From the NCBI RefSeq assembly GCF_000143415.4, contig NW_003314356.1, positions 186,001 to 250,000 on the forward strand: a stretch of 64,000 bases of DNA. Direction: 5' to 3'. The DNA is from Selaginella moellendorffii (lineage: Eukaryota; Plantae; Lycopodiophyta). This document shows, piece after piece, positions 12,790 to 24,874 of the stretch; the first letter of the stretch is position 1; every line of letters starts with the position of its first letter. The position numbers and the translations under genes are program-made. The notes beneath the pieces are model-generated. The model did no database searches and was not told the origin of the DNA. It worked only from the letters and a program-made list of their open reading frames with translations.

Positions 12790-13720
12790 GCAAACCCGTT
12801 ATCAGTATGGAATTCCACATCATTAGCTTTGGCATTCATTTGAAGACTGCCTTGGCTCCCACATGCCTAGAGCAAGCTTTTTGGATGTGATAAAAGAAAA
12901 GCTTCAATACGTTTTCTAAATGGGCATGTAAGTTTCCGCATCAAATCCCTCTCAAGCATCTCATTGAACATGCATAGAGATTCACACATATGCCGTGTTT
13001 GGCCATATGCTGCCAATTGGCTTCCAAGACACTGCATGTCATCTTAAAGAAATACTTGGCTGCCAGATTTCCTGGTGGTTGTGTTCTCCGATTCTCGCCA
13101 TTGCCCTAGTGCAGATCCAGCATCCTCAAGGGCATCAAGATTCCGGTACTATTGGAATTGTTCATGTAGTGTTCTTTTGGATAGAACTTTGGATCTTGGA
13201 GCTTTCAAGCCTTCTTATTCAAAGAAAGAGGAAGTCAGTGAAGATTTCTACCTGCATGGAATGGAGAGTGATGATGGCACTCCCAATTGATGTGGATGTG
13301 AGAGACCAATCTTTTGTGTATTTATTTCCTTTGCTGCATTTGTTAATACTATGGGAAGTTCCTGTTTCAGATAGAGTTTGGCTAGTGAGATAGTGTGTCA
13401 TGGAACACAGACTTGTAGAAAATGCCATAAATGCAAAGAGCACCTTTGCTGACACCAGACTTCTTGGAACAGCCTCTTGACCATCCATGCCAAGTCTGTG
13501 ATTGTCTTTTCCACTTATGAAAGAATAGGATGTTATCTTCTGTAACATAAAGCCAAGCAGGTAAATCAATGTATGTTTCAAGAAAATCAGATTTCTTTTA
13601 ATTTTATGATTTCTGTTTATGCTCTTTTGATGACCTAGTATCATGGACAGCCATGCAGCACATGCCAACAATGGGCATATGGAGGAATCTGAGAGAATAT
13701 ATAGGAATATGGGAGTGGAA
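12790..13720. pseudogene. Highly degenerate PPR (PLS-type) motif relics on both strands
   Basis: Minus strand: LAAYGQTRHMCESLCMFNEMLERDL (~12940-13015) and AKAVFK*MPKLMMWNSIL. Plus strand: LVSWTAM..AHANNGHMEESERIYRNM (~13634-13712). Confidence 0.5.
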
Positions 13721-15262
13721 ATGTCTTTCTGTCACATCTTGATGGGCAGGAGCTCACTCATTGTGAGGACACAAATATGCCTAAACTTCATATGCCTCAT
13801 GTGCAGCACAGAAGAAATCTCCTCTTGGGGAACTCTCACTTAGAGGCTGGGATATTTTACAAGGATGTAAGTCTATTGTTTTGAGATTGTTTTTATAATT
13901 TTGTTGTAAATTTTAAACTTGTTAAATTGTTGTAAATAGAAATATGAATTTTACAAAAGTTTGTTTTCAGTACATGTTCTTTACTTGTAGACAAACCATT
14001 TTCCAACCACACTAACATGAGTTTTATTTCACCATTTTCAAATGATTCCTCCCATGCTCATTCTGATCTGTCCATATCCCATGAAAGCAGATGGAAACGC
14101 AGTAGTGCTCCAGAACATAACATCTCCAGCATGGTGTTCTTCAGTATTGGGAGAAGCTTCTTCACGCTTGGCCTCAGCCTCGCTTGTGGAGAGAAGAACC
14201 ACACAGATCAAACAAATAGTAAAGCCATGAACATACCTCAACTGGTAGGAGTATCTTGTCTTGCAGAAGGAAAGCTCTCACAACTAAAACCAAGAACAAC
14301 AAAGTAAGCCAGTTGAGGAGAAAGAGAAGAGAAAAAAACTTGACTCAAGCCGCTTGAGAAATTTCTATCAATATTTTCATTAGCACCACCTCCAACCTTG
14401 GACATCATCCTGGCACACCTGTGAGCAGCAGAACCAAAACACATAAGGTAAAAGAGAGAAAAAGTAATGAGTACCTACCTCTTCACCTAAATTTCCAGCA
14501 ATGAGCTTCTCCCTTGGAGCTCCATCGCTCAACTCCTCCAACAAACTCTTCCTAAGGGCGCAAGCTTAGAAACAAAGCAAGAAAGAGGAAAAATCTCTAC
14601 TACCTAATGAGACCTGGCCTGCTCCCTGTCTCGTCCGATGCTGATTGGGATTGTCCTGCTTGCTAAAGAGATCGAGGGTCCTGGAAGCCTTTCCAATGGT
14701 GGAGTCCATCCAATAGAAGCTTGCAAAGTTGCAAGAGAGAAACTGAACGACCCTGAGAGGCATAGCCAAGACACTTCAAACAATGAAGAAAAAAAAAAAC
14801 TTCGAGCTCAATGAACAAATAAAAACAAGTATGAGGCACAAGAGAAAAGGATGAGAGCGAAACCTTGTCAGCAACCATGACCTTTGGAGCTCATCTTGCA
14901 TAAGAACTTTGACTGGAACATTCACAAGCTTAGAACAAATACAAAAGAAGTCCACTAAAAGAATAGTTCCTGCAATATGAGTTATGCTCTTACCAAAGCC
15001 CGTGGCTTTACATCCAAGCCTCAAGGACGTCACCGCAATACTTCGTGGATTCCAACAAATCCAACTGTAGCGCTTATGGCAGAGATCCCAAGCTCACTCA
15101 CAAGCTATGGACCTTCTCCCAGGAGCTTATAGACAAGCATTCTCCGTCCTAAAGGTAAAAGGTTGATAGTGCTAGAGAGCGAGCGAGCAAACAAGGACAA
15201 CTAGGCAATGATTTGTGGATAGACTGTATTTACTCTTCTCGAAAGCTCGAGCTTGAGCTTGA

Positions 15263-16178
15263 TCAAAAGTAAGGCGCGTTGCCTACATTGCACATGACTA
15301 AAACTTTGGTTTCAAGCATGTCGTCCATCATGTACTTGACACCCTCTCGTTGGATTCCAGAGTCTTTGATCCCACCATATGGCTGGCTATCAACGCACAT
15401 GCTTGGCAAATCGTTGAGGCAAACTCCTCCAGCCTGTGAGGATCAAATAATCATCAAACAATCGATCAATACTTTCTATATCTCAAATGAAAGGCTACCT
15501 CTATGTGCTCAAATGCATGGAAGGCCTTGTTTAGATCATGCGTAAAGACGCTGGCTTGGAGACCATAATGCGTGTTGTTAGCTTCCTTCACGGCTTCCTT
15601 GAAATCACTGCGTCACCACCGTTTTAGTTTAGAGAAAAAAAAAAGGAAGTAAAGAAGAACTTCGGGAGCTAAGAAACTTTGAGAGAGGATCACGGGACCG
15701 AAAATCTCTTCCTTCCTTGCATCTCTGTCAAAGGGAGCGTCTTCCAGGATCGTTGGCCCCATGAAAGCTCCCCTTCGCTTACCACCAACTAAAAGTTTGG
15801 TGCCTGCCTTCACTGCCTTATTCACGCTCTTCTCCACTGTAGCTGCTGACGACTTGGATATCATGGGCCAGATTGACATGTCGTCTTGGCAAGGATCTCC
15901 ACCTTTGAGTTTCTTAATGGCAGCGATCAATGCATCCTTCACCTACACAACCAGCACCAAATACGTTAGATCAAAGCTCGATTTGAGAACAAAGAATACG
16001 ATAGAATTTAAAGACGAGTGTTGGATACCTCACCTTTCACGTAAAGACGCTGCATGTGAATGCACGACTGGCCGCTTTGATAGAATCCTTTGTGGACCAA
16101 CTTAGCGATTGTACCTTCCAAGTCTGGAACGAAACCTTCTGCTATGCATGGAGCATTGCCTCCCAGCTCCATAATCAC
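15263..16178 (-). pseudogene. ALDH21: 3' half of an aldehyde dehydrogenase family 21 gene, intron-containing and 5'-truncated
   Basis: VIMELGGNAPCI, GFYQSGQSCIHMQRLYV (catalytic Cys), ARKEEIFGPV, DSQPYGGIKDSGIQREGVKY.MDDMLETKVLVM, stop at 15263-15265. Short introns; no upstream exons seen beyond ~16230. Confidence 0.8.
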
Positions 16179-17201
16179 CTGTAAGAGGAATCAAAGATGT
16201 TGAAGAAAGCGAAGCTCCATCCGAAGGAAGATATAATAAAATATCATTATTTTTTAGTATCTTTATAAGTAAGAATAATTTTCTAAATCAAGTTTACTCT
16301 TCAAGATTAGCATTTTCTACAACATCCATCTTACAACTGATATAAATCCCAGTTGACAATATGTTTCCTTTTTAATAATTTTCATTAAAAATAGTTTTTA
16401 TATTTTATGTAGATAATGGTATTCTATAGTATTTCATAAAGCCAAAAATTTCTTACAGTTAGAAGGAAGCAGTGGTTCTTGCAATATGAAATATATTTTA
16501 ATTATTCATATATATAGTAGTATGTTAGATCTAATTATATAATTTTTAGTTTTATGTACTATAAAATTGAGGTTTGAACAATCTAATTCATAATACAAAA
16601 GAATGATGAACAAAAATGATTTTTTTTAAAAATTACTTTAACAACTTTAAATCTTATTATGAATATAATAATGTTATTTTCTATGTTAATTGCTAACTTT
16701 TATTACTAGATTGATTTACTGCAAGTGTTGTGTAACTAATTGTAATCAACAGTGATATGCTTTAATTAACAAGAATTCCATTCTAGAAAAAATCAATTAC
16801 AGCTTCTAAACAAAACAAAAGAAAACTAAACCCACTATGAAGAAAATCCTTTAAAAAATTTCATCATGATTCTTTCTATATTTATTTCTAGAGTATCATA
16901 ATTTAATTATTTATGTTAATCTTATATTTTAGGTCAAAGTCTATAAAACAATTACATGCTTTTGTTATGTCCACTTACAATATCAACATATTCTCACCTT
17001 CTTGAAATATATGTATAAATGTTATTTTCATAAAACAAATCAAATGATACTCATAGAGGTGTGCACTTGAAACTCTTGGTAGCAATCTTGTAGTTGTATT
17101 TAGGTTTGTGTAGCTTTTTATAAAAGCAATAAAAGAATTGAAATTCAAATTTAATGATGATTAAAAAATGATCTTATCTTCCCCAACACTTGCATTATTA
17201 T

Positions 17202-19211
17202 TGTAAATGACTAAATTTTCCATTCTACTTTAATCACTTAACCACATCTCCAACCATTTGGAGGAGTCTCACTCACAACCTCCATAAATCCTATTTTGGA
17301 CTTAGGGACTTGCTAGCCCCAAGAATGGCATCCAGGCCATATAACTATTGCACTTGGTCTAAGTGTGTCACGTGTCTGATCCCATGACCGACACCCCAAG
17401 GTACCACCAACATATCAGCGTGTTACACTAAGGCCATGCCCAATCACTTTGGTCACACCGGTGGTCTAACACCACCTACATTATAGTTCCGTCTTTCAAA
17501 GATTGGGCCATTCGTCCACGAGTGATCATCCTAGATCCACTCCTTAACATCCTTAGGATGCCTGCAGACATGGGGAATAGCCTTCCCTAATATCCTTTTT
17601 CCGGTGCCCACTGAGTCCCTTTTCTGCCCATGGCCGTGTTTGCCAACACAGTCACTGGATCAAGGCTCACAGGCTCGACCACTAAGTCCCATGGTCCTTT
17701 GGGACTTCCTCCCCACACGACTATATCCTTGGTCACTACCCCAGAGGACTGCTCTTCTTCCTTTCCACAGTCTGGGCCTTTGGGACAATATTTCGGAACA
17801 CTGTGGCCCTACGCGAGCCTCATAGGTACTCTCCCCACCTTCCACCTTTTGGTGCTCTAGGCATGGGTTTAAAGTGAAGTTTCATTGAGCCACGCCAGGT
17901 ATCCAAGTAGGTAGTGCCACCCACACTTGGACTGGGAGCATCAACCATTCGATCTCCCGAGGGAACTAGAGCCAGCTCTTGAACACTTTACCAAACTACC
18001 CCGTTTGTCAGTCTATATTCACTCTAGTCTTGGACTTCCCAGTGGTTAACTCATCACCTAACACTGGATATGGCCTTTTTGGGCCAAACTAGCCTTTCCT
18101 AGCCAAATTGGCTTCACTGGGCTCCAACCCCCACACTCTCTCTACTATACTTTTGGAACCCCCTGCAGCCCCCCCCCCCCCCCCCCCCTCCTGGGGGACG
18201 ATCGCTTTGGGCTTTCACCCAACAGCCTATATTAGTATTTGGACTCATACTCGAATTCGAACTCGGACTCGGTCTCAGTCTCGGTTTCGGACTCGAACTC
18301 GGTCTCGGTCTCGATTCCATCTCGGTCTCCATCTCGGACTCCATCTCGGGTCCATCTTGGACTCCATCTCAGTCTAACTTAAACACACTAAGGGCGTGGG
18401 AACGAGATGGGGACACCCAGTCTCAGTTGCTATGGACCCTTAGCCGGAAGGGCTGGCTTGGGCGCACCGCCAAGTGTGGGGGATGCCCTCAGGGTCATGG
18501 TGAACAACTTAAAGGTCTAGAAGATCTAGTACATATTGGCAAACCTATTAAGGTGCTAAAGTTAGATCACTAGGTGATCTTATGGCTAAAATAAGGATAA
18601 AGTTCTTGTGAGGTTAATGAATAAGATTCCTAGTTTAAAGCATTGATTTGAATTATTGATGATGGTGTGGCTTGGGCAAGGGGACCAAGTGGTCAGAGGT
18701 GTGGTTAACTAACTAAAGTAGAATGGAAAATTTAATCGTTTACACTCAGGTCCATCTCAGGTCCATCTCAGACTCCATCTTGGACTCTATCTTGGGTCCA
18801 TCTTAGACTCTATCTCGGGTCCATCTCGGACTCCACTTTGGGTCCATCTAGGACTTCATCTCGGACTCCATCTCAGGTCCATCTCGGACTCCATCTCAGG
18901 TCCATCTTGGGTCCATCTCGGACTCCATCTCGTGTCCATCTCGGACTCTATCTCGGGTCCATGTCAGACTCCATCTCGGACACTTCCACGTGTCATGTGT
19001 TGGTCCTTTTGGGTCTCTTTTTAGAACTTCACTTATTGCTCGCTTCGTGCTCATTCCTTGAGCACTTTGTTGGGAGTTCCACTCCCACTCTTGACTTTTC
19101 AAGTCGGAGCTTTTGGTCCAAACGTGTTACACTTGTTTGGCCTTTGCTTTAGCCACTTCCACGTGGCACCCTTTCGGCTCCACTTTGGGGCTTGGGGATT
19201 TGTGTCTCACA
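17202..19211 (-). mobile_element. Solo LTR of family A
   Basis: Reverse complement of the family-A LTR with TG...CA ends; 5-bp TSD ATTAT at 17197-17201 and 19212-19216. Confidence 0.92.
18373..18744 (+). mobile_element. 372-bp chimeric insert: family-A internal segment fused to the LTR 3' end, opposite in orientation to its host solo LTR
   Basis: Matches ~7433-7768, then switches at CCAAGTGG to ~4611-4669; flanked by CTCAG on both sides. Confidence 0.7.
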
Positions 19212-19280
19212 ATTATCTCATTATCTATTTCTTTGGAGATAAATAGAAGATAAATTTAACCTTGTATACAGTCAAAATTT

Positions 19281-19476
19281 TGTAAGCAACCAAAGGGAAC
19301 GACTCGAGAGACGATCCATAGGGGTTCAAATATAGAGGGAAAGGGCCCATGAACAAGAGTGCACCCCCTTTTCCAATCGGTTAAAGGGTCTTGGGATACT
19401 TGGGGTTAAGCGTCCTTGGGTTTGAATAGTACTGGGCTGGGTGACCTCCTGGGAAGTCCAAACTCAGGAGCTAACA
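19281..19476 (+). mobile_element. Cassandra-like solo LTR carrying a 5S rRNA-derived segment
   Basis: TGTAAG...CTAACA with TSD AATTT. Contains gttaagcgtccttggg...tagtactgggctgggtgacctcctgggaagtcc (~19405-19459), similar to the 5S internal promoter region. Confidence 0.8.
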
Positions 19477-22400
19477 AATTTCTAACATTGTAGAATTAGA
19501 AAAGATCTATTTATCTTCAGTATGATATCTCCCAGCAGATATTTCAGTATACTCTTTGATCTATAGAATGAAACATTTATAGAACAAAGAGTATTTGATT
19601 TATTTGATAGTATGATAGTAAAATTAAATATAATTTTGTTGTACAAAGATTGTATATAGTAGACACAATAGAAAATATTCTATAAAGTTGAAAAGTAAAT
19701 AAAGTAGTGACTATAGAAAATGATACATTTCATAACTTACAATATAAGAGTTGAATGACTCCAGCTATATTATCTTATAAATTAGCTTAAGGTTTATCAA
19801 TAATCTTATGATACTTATTACACACTCATATACGAATCTAATCACATTGAGTTGCTGGTTAGTCAGATATATTCTAAGATTTGTGTAATATCATAAAGTG
19901 ATAATACTGTTTTTAAGACTAATAATTTATGCATTGATACATGGAAAACATATAAAAAAAATATGACATAGGTAAAATTATGTTTGAGACAATATTAGAC
20001 ACAATACAAAAGGCTGCAATCTAAAAAAATGTCATTCCAAGGAAAAAAAAGATTACACATCATCAATACCTAATATCAGAGCAAAACCTTACCTTTCTCT
20101 AAAAACATTTAGCCTCAATAACATTTTTATAATGTCTTAAATTTAATTAAAAAAATATAACATAGACATAATAATATTAGATTATATAAGTATTTTCTCT
20201 ATATAAAAATATATACAGAAATAATTTTAATGATATGTAATATAATACATCAATTTTTTATTAGTACTAAAATCCATAAAATGTTTATATTTTTTACATT
20301 TATAAGAAGTTTAAGTGTTTTTTAAGTGAGTTTTAAATTTATATTTTTTAACATTATTATATTTGAGTGTACTTAAAGTAACACTTCATTAAGTGAAAAA
20401 TTTGTAGTTTTGAAATAATCATCAGGTTTTTTAATATTTTTTATCGATTATATAGTTTTCAAATAAAAGAAAAAATTAATTACCCAACCTCAAACTCTAA
20501 ATGACTCATCTGGCCATGGGATTCCATAATAAGCAATTCTATTTATAGAATAACCTAGAATTCACTCAACAATCAAATTTTTAAATGTGATATAATTTTA
20601 TTAGTTATATTTATTATGTTCTGACGTGTGTTGGTGATAGAGTTAATTATGGAAGGAATTTTTAATATAAAGATTAAATTATGTTTAGCTATGTATGTTA
20701 TAATTATGATTATGTTAAAAATTACATTTATGATTACAACTCTTTGAAATTACTAAAAACATCTGGAATAAACACAATGCTCACTGCCCCCTCTCAGAGA
20801 TATCAATATTGTTATTAACTATTGATTAACAACCCTTACTGAGCCAAGGGGAACCAACACCTTTATATTCACATAGTACAATAATAAAAATATTATTATT
20901 ATTATTTAGGCGCTACATATAAATTTATATAAAATATTAATATTTTTAAAATATATGTTTCTTAATAATTATGTTCTCCTTTAGATAATATCTGTTTTTA
21001 ATAATTTAATTTTAAGTTTATATTTGAACTTAAATTTTCTAAATTGTTAGCTTTATATGATTTAAAATCCATTTGCTAGAGGGAATCTTGAATAAAATTA
21101 ATGCAAGTTTCAAACTTTATTAGAGCTTTTGAAGTCATAACTTCCATAAACTTTTATAATCATACCTTCTAGCATGATATCACCTAATTATAATCCTGAT
21201 GAAGCATAGTTTATTATTTTTAACATTATTCCTAACAATCTATATATTTAATCGGGAGTTTTCTTACTACTTTGTAACCTGAATCTCTTTTCATGAGAAG
21301 TTCATTTAGACCACTCTTTTTAACATTTTGAATTCTTATTTCTATAAAATTTCCTTCTTATTCTATTTTTTTTCTTCTCAATTATTTTGTCTTTTCATCA
21401 TTTAAATGTCATAGTAATTATTTTTTATATGATAAGTTACAAATGTCTTACACACTCTTGATCTATTGGTAAAGTATGTTCTTTATTATAGGTTTATTAA
21501 TATTTTTATTTTATAAGATATTATTATGGCAAATCCCATTTCCATCAGAATGGAACCAGCTTATTGCTCCTGATCCAAAACCAGTTTTTTCATGTTCAAC
21601 AGCATCACCACCATCACAAGGATCACTTTGCAAAGCCACCATCACTAAAATCTGGCATGCAAAGGATGGGGCTAGGAATCCCGAAATCCCGTGCTCTTGT
21701 TGTGGCAGGTTGAAGATAGAGACTTTGTTCTTTGTGTCGTCTGAGAATTCTAAGCGAGTTTCTGGCTCTTCCTCATTTTTTTTCTCTCTTTTGTGTTTGG
21801 TAGTATGCTAATCAAAAGCGTGTGTAGCATGGGTGCAACAAAAAAGAGGACACCATCTGCAAGATTTGTCAGCAAGTACATCATCTGTCGTCATGTTTGC
21901 TGATTTCAATCATTCTTTAGTTTTGAATGCAGCCCAGATAGAGCTCCATTCCTCAAAATTATGACACAACACCTAAGAACTTAGCTGCGAATGTGGATTT
22001 CCACACAAGGGTCACTAACTTGTTGCTGTTTCCATCACTGCATAATGTTTGTGATTTGTTGCTCAAGTAGGTCATAAGAAAAACCAAAAGCCATAGAAGA
22101 CACAAATTAGAATCAAAGCTATAAATCTCAGTAGCAACTGGTAGTAGTAACAAGGTAAGGAACTTTGTTGTTCATGCCGGCTGAGATTTCTAAGCAAGTT
22201 TCTGGCTTACCTTGCTCGTGTTCAATGATTCTTTTGATCATTTTTTCATTTCTTTTTCTTTTTCTTGGTGTCTGGTGCCTCACTTATGTTTTGCAGCCTT
22301 TTAAATGCTACACAGCACTAGTCCAGTCTCCTGCTGCTCTTATTGCTCTTTACCTGATGACCACTTGAGGTATGTGTAGTCTTTTCCTTGACATGCTTGC

Positions 22401-23976
22401 TCAATTCCTTATAATTTAGTTTATAAAGTTTTTTTGTAGTGCTACTTTTTTCATTGAGCAATTTTTGTGAAGCTGAGGTAGAGCTCCATTCCTGAGAATT
22501 GTGCTTAAGAAATTTCATAGAAGGGTCACCAAATGAATCACCCAAGACAAAATGTGGAAGAAAAACAGAATTGGATTTTATCACCTTTGCAAATACCTAG
22601 ATAGACACATATCCTTGCTAGAGGAAGAGATCTAACATCAGTTGCATTGCCTGACACTAGATTCAAGAGCTTCCTTAGAATAGCTTGTGGTGGCAGGGAG
22701 CATAGAAACATAAGTTTGGCCCACAAAGGTCACCATTTCAATCTTATTATCAAATGGTCCTTTCTTAAAAATTCCTTTAGGAAATAATTTTTAAAATCTA
22801 TATTATATTTTGATAATTATATTATGCTATACTTTAAAAAATATTAAATATCATTATATTCTTCTTGTATATTGTAATATATCAGATCTAAGACTATTTT
22901 TTATTTATATGTTCTTTATAATTAAAGTATCAACAATCTAATTCAGAAAATGAAGAATTGGAGGGGATAAACATCAATAACAACACCTTATTCACAAATG
23001 ATAATCTTGATACAAAAATATATTATCTTAAAATAAAATAAAAATAATATAAATTTAACTATTATGTCATATTATATTCAGAAGATGTTATTACATTATA
23101 ATAGATATAGTACCATGAAAAAATATAATAATATTATTATATAAATAGTAATGTGCTAGATCTAAGCTTTTAATAAAATTATTGATATTTTTCATAATCT
23201 AAGTTTGTTTACATAATTGCTAAATAGTAAGTAGTTTTTAGTAGTCTTATAGTAATTTTATATTTAAATTATACATTTCTAAATTTTTAACTATATATGA
23301 ATTAAAATTCCGTGGCAAAAGCTCTATTTCGTTAAAGTGGGATTTATTCAGTAAAATGGGACTAGGTACAAATTTTCAAGTATTTGAAAATGACGTGAAA
23401 TTATATGTTTTTTGTCTAGGGGCTAGACATATCTGGGGCATGGTGACTAGCGCAGTGACTTTATGTCCAGACTAAGTCCATCTGGTTGTATAATAAATCT
23501 CATTGTCAAGGTGAACAAGCCGAATCTGAAGCTAAAGAAGAGTGATGGCATGTGCGCACACACTATTTATTTGTTCATTGAGCGTGTGGTGAGCTTTCCA
23601 AGATGAACGTCATTCCTATTAGCCAGACATATAACTTAATGGTGAGAACATTTAAATATTATTCAATGTTATCTTTTTCTAACAAATCTAATTGTGAAGG
23701 TGTAGCAAGAGGCATTGCTAGTCTGGAGAAGTCATTTAACTCATTTGACCCTTGAAATTTTCATGAAACTAAATAACATTCATATTATTAAGGAATTTCT
23801 TTAGTACCTTTTTTTTACGACATAGAGGCTTGCATTTCTTTCAAAGGTGATTTAGTAAAAGGCCTAAGGGCACATGCCATTCTATTTCTCAGACCGGTAT
23901 TAAGATATACTAGTGCAAAGGGAAAAAGGTATTTAGTGATCAAGTAAATGGCATGAGGGCACACGCCATTATAAGC

Positions 23977-24234
23977 CTAAGCGCTAGTGGACACCTCCTT
24001 TTTGGTACTCTCAGCGGTACTATCATCCTTCTCCGGGTCAGTTGTTTTGCTTTGGATTGTTGTCTCTGACGTTACTGGGGCGTTCTCGATAGTTGTTAAT
24101 GTTGCCGTTTGTTCAGAAAAATGATCACCTGGAGTATAGTACGGGGAGTTTGGAAGACTTATATATTCTACATCTTCACCTATCTCCTTCTCCGTCTCCT
24201 TTTCTGCCTCACTTACAGATTTTGTGCTTGCCAT
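23977..24234 (-). CDS. Small Ser/Thr/Glu-rich ORF inside the transposon, function unknown
   Basis: MASTKSVSEAEKETEKE...VSTSA; higher-GC patch between palindromes; no recognised domain. Confidence 0.25.
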   Translation of the reverse strand: MASTKSVSEAEKETEKEIGEDVEYISLPNSPYYTPGDHFSEQTATLTTIENAPVTSETTIQSKTTDPEKDDSTAESTKKEVSTSA

Positions 24235-24874
24235 GAGAACGCTCTTCACCCTAAAATATGGAGTTCGTTGTGTTATAAAAGGAAACCAACACACACGCTG
24301 CAAGGGAATGATGGTACATAAAGCACGTAAGCCCACAATATAGGTTTATGTGCCATTAATATGGGCCACACGCCATATTATTAGATTTATGCACGTGTGA
24401 TTGGTAAATGCATATGTCACATCATCTTTGTTTTACCTCACACACTATATTAGGCCTAATGAACCATATCACATGTGCGCACATGCTATATATATGGAGA
24501 AGTATTATGCAAGGATAGAAAAATTCAATGCATGATTGTGGAGAGCAATGGCATGAAGCCACATGCTAAATAACATTTTAGAGAAAGAATTAAAATAAAA
24601 ACATGCAAATAGTACTGAGTGGACCAAGACTTAGAAGTGCACAATTGAATGAGGTATTTCTAATAAATATTTCACTCACCTCATATAGGAATGGCTACCA
24701 CTCTCAAATGGCGTATCGCCTCATGCCATCACCTCGCAATTTGTTATAACAATCCGATGAATTCATATTCGGCTTGTTCACCTTGAACTTTAAGTAAGAT
24801 TTGCTAGAACAACTAAGAATTTATACTTGTTATTTGTATCATCTCACCTAGGAATGGCGTAAGGCCACATGCCA

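Noticed and set aside
19405-19459. 5S rRNA gene
   Set aside because: Only ~55 nt, diverged, and embedded in a TSD-flanked LTR-like unit.
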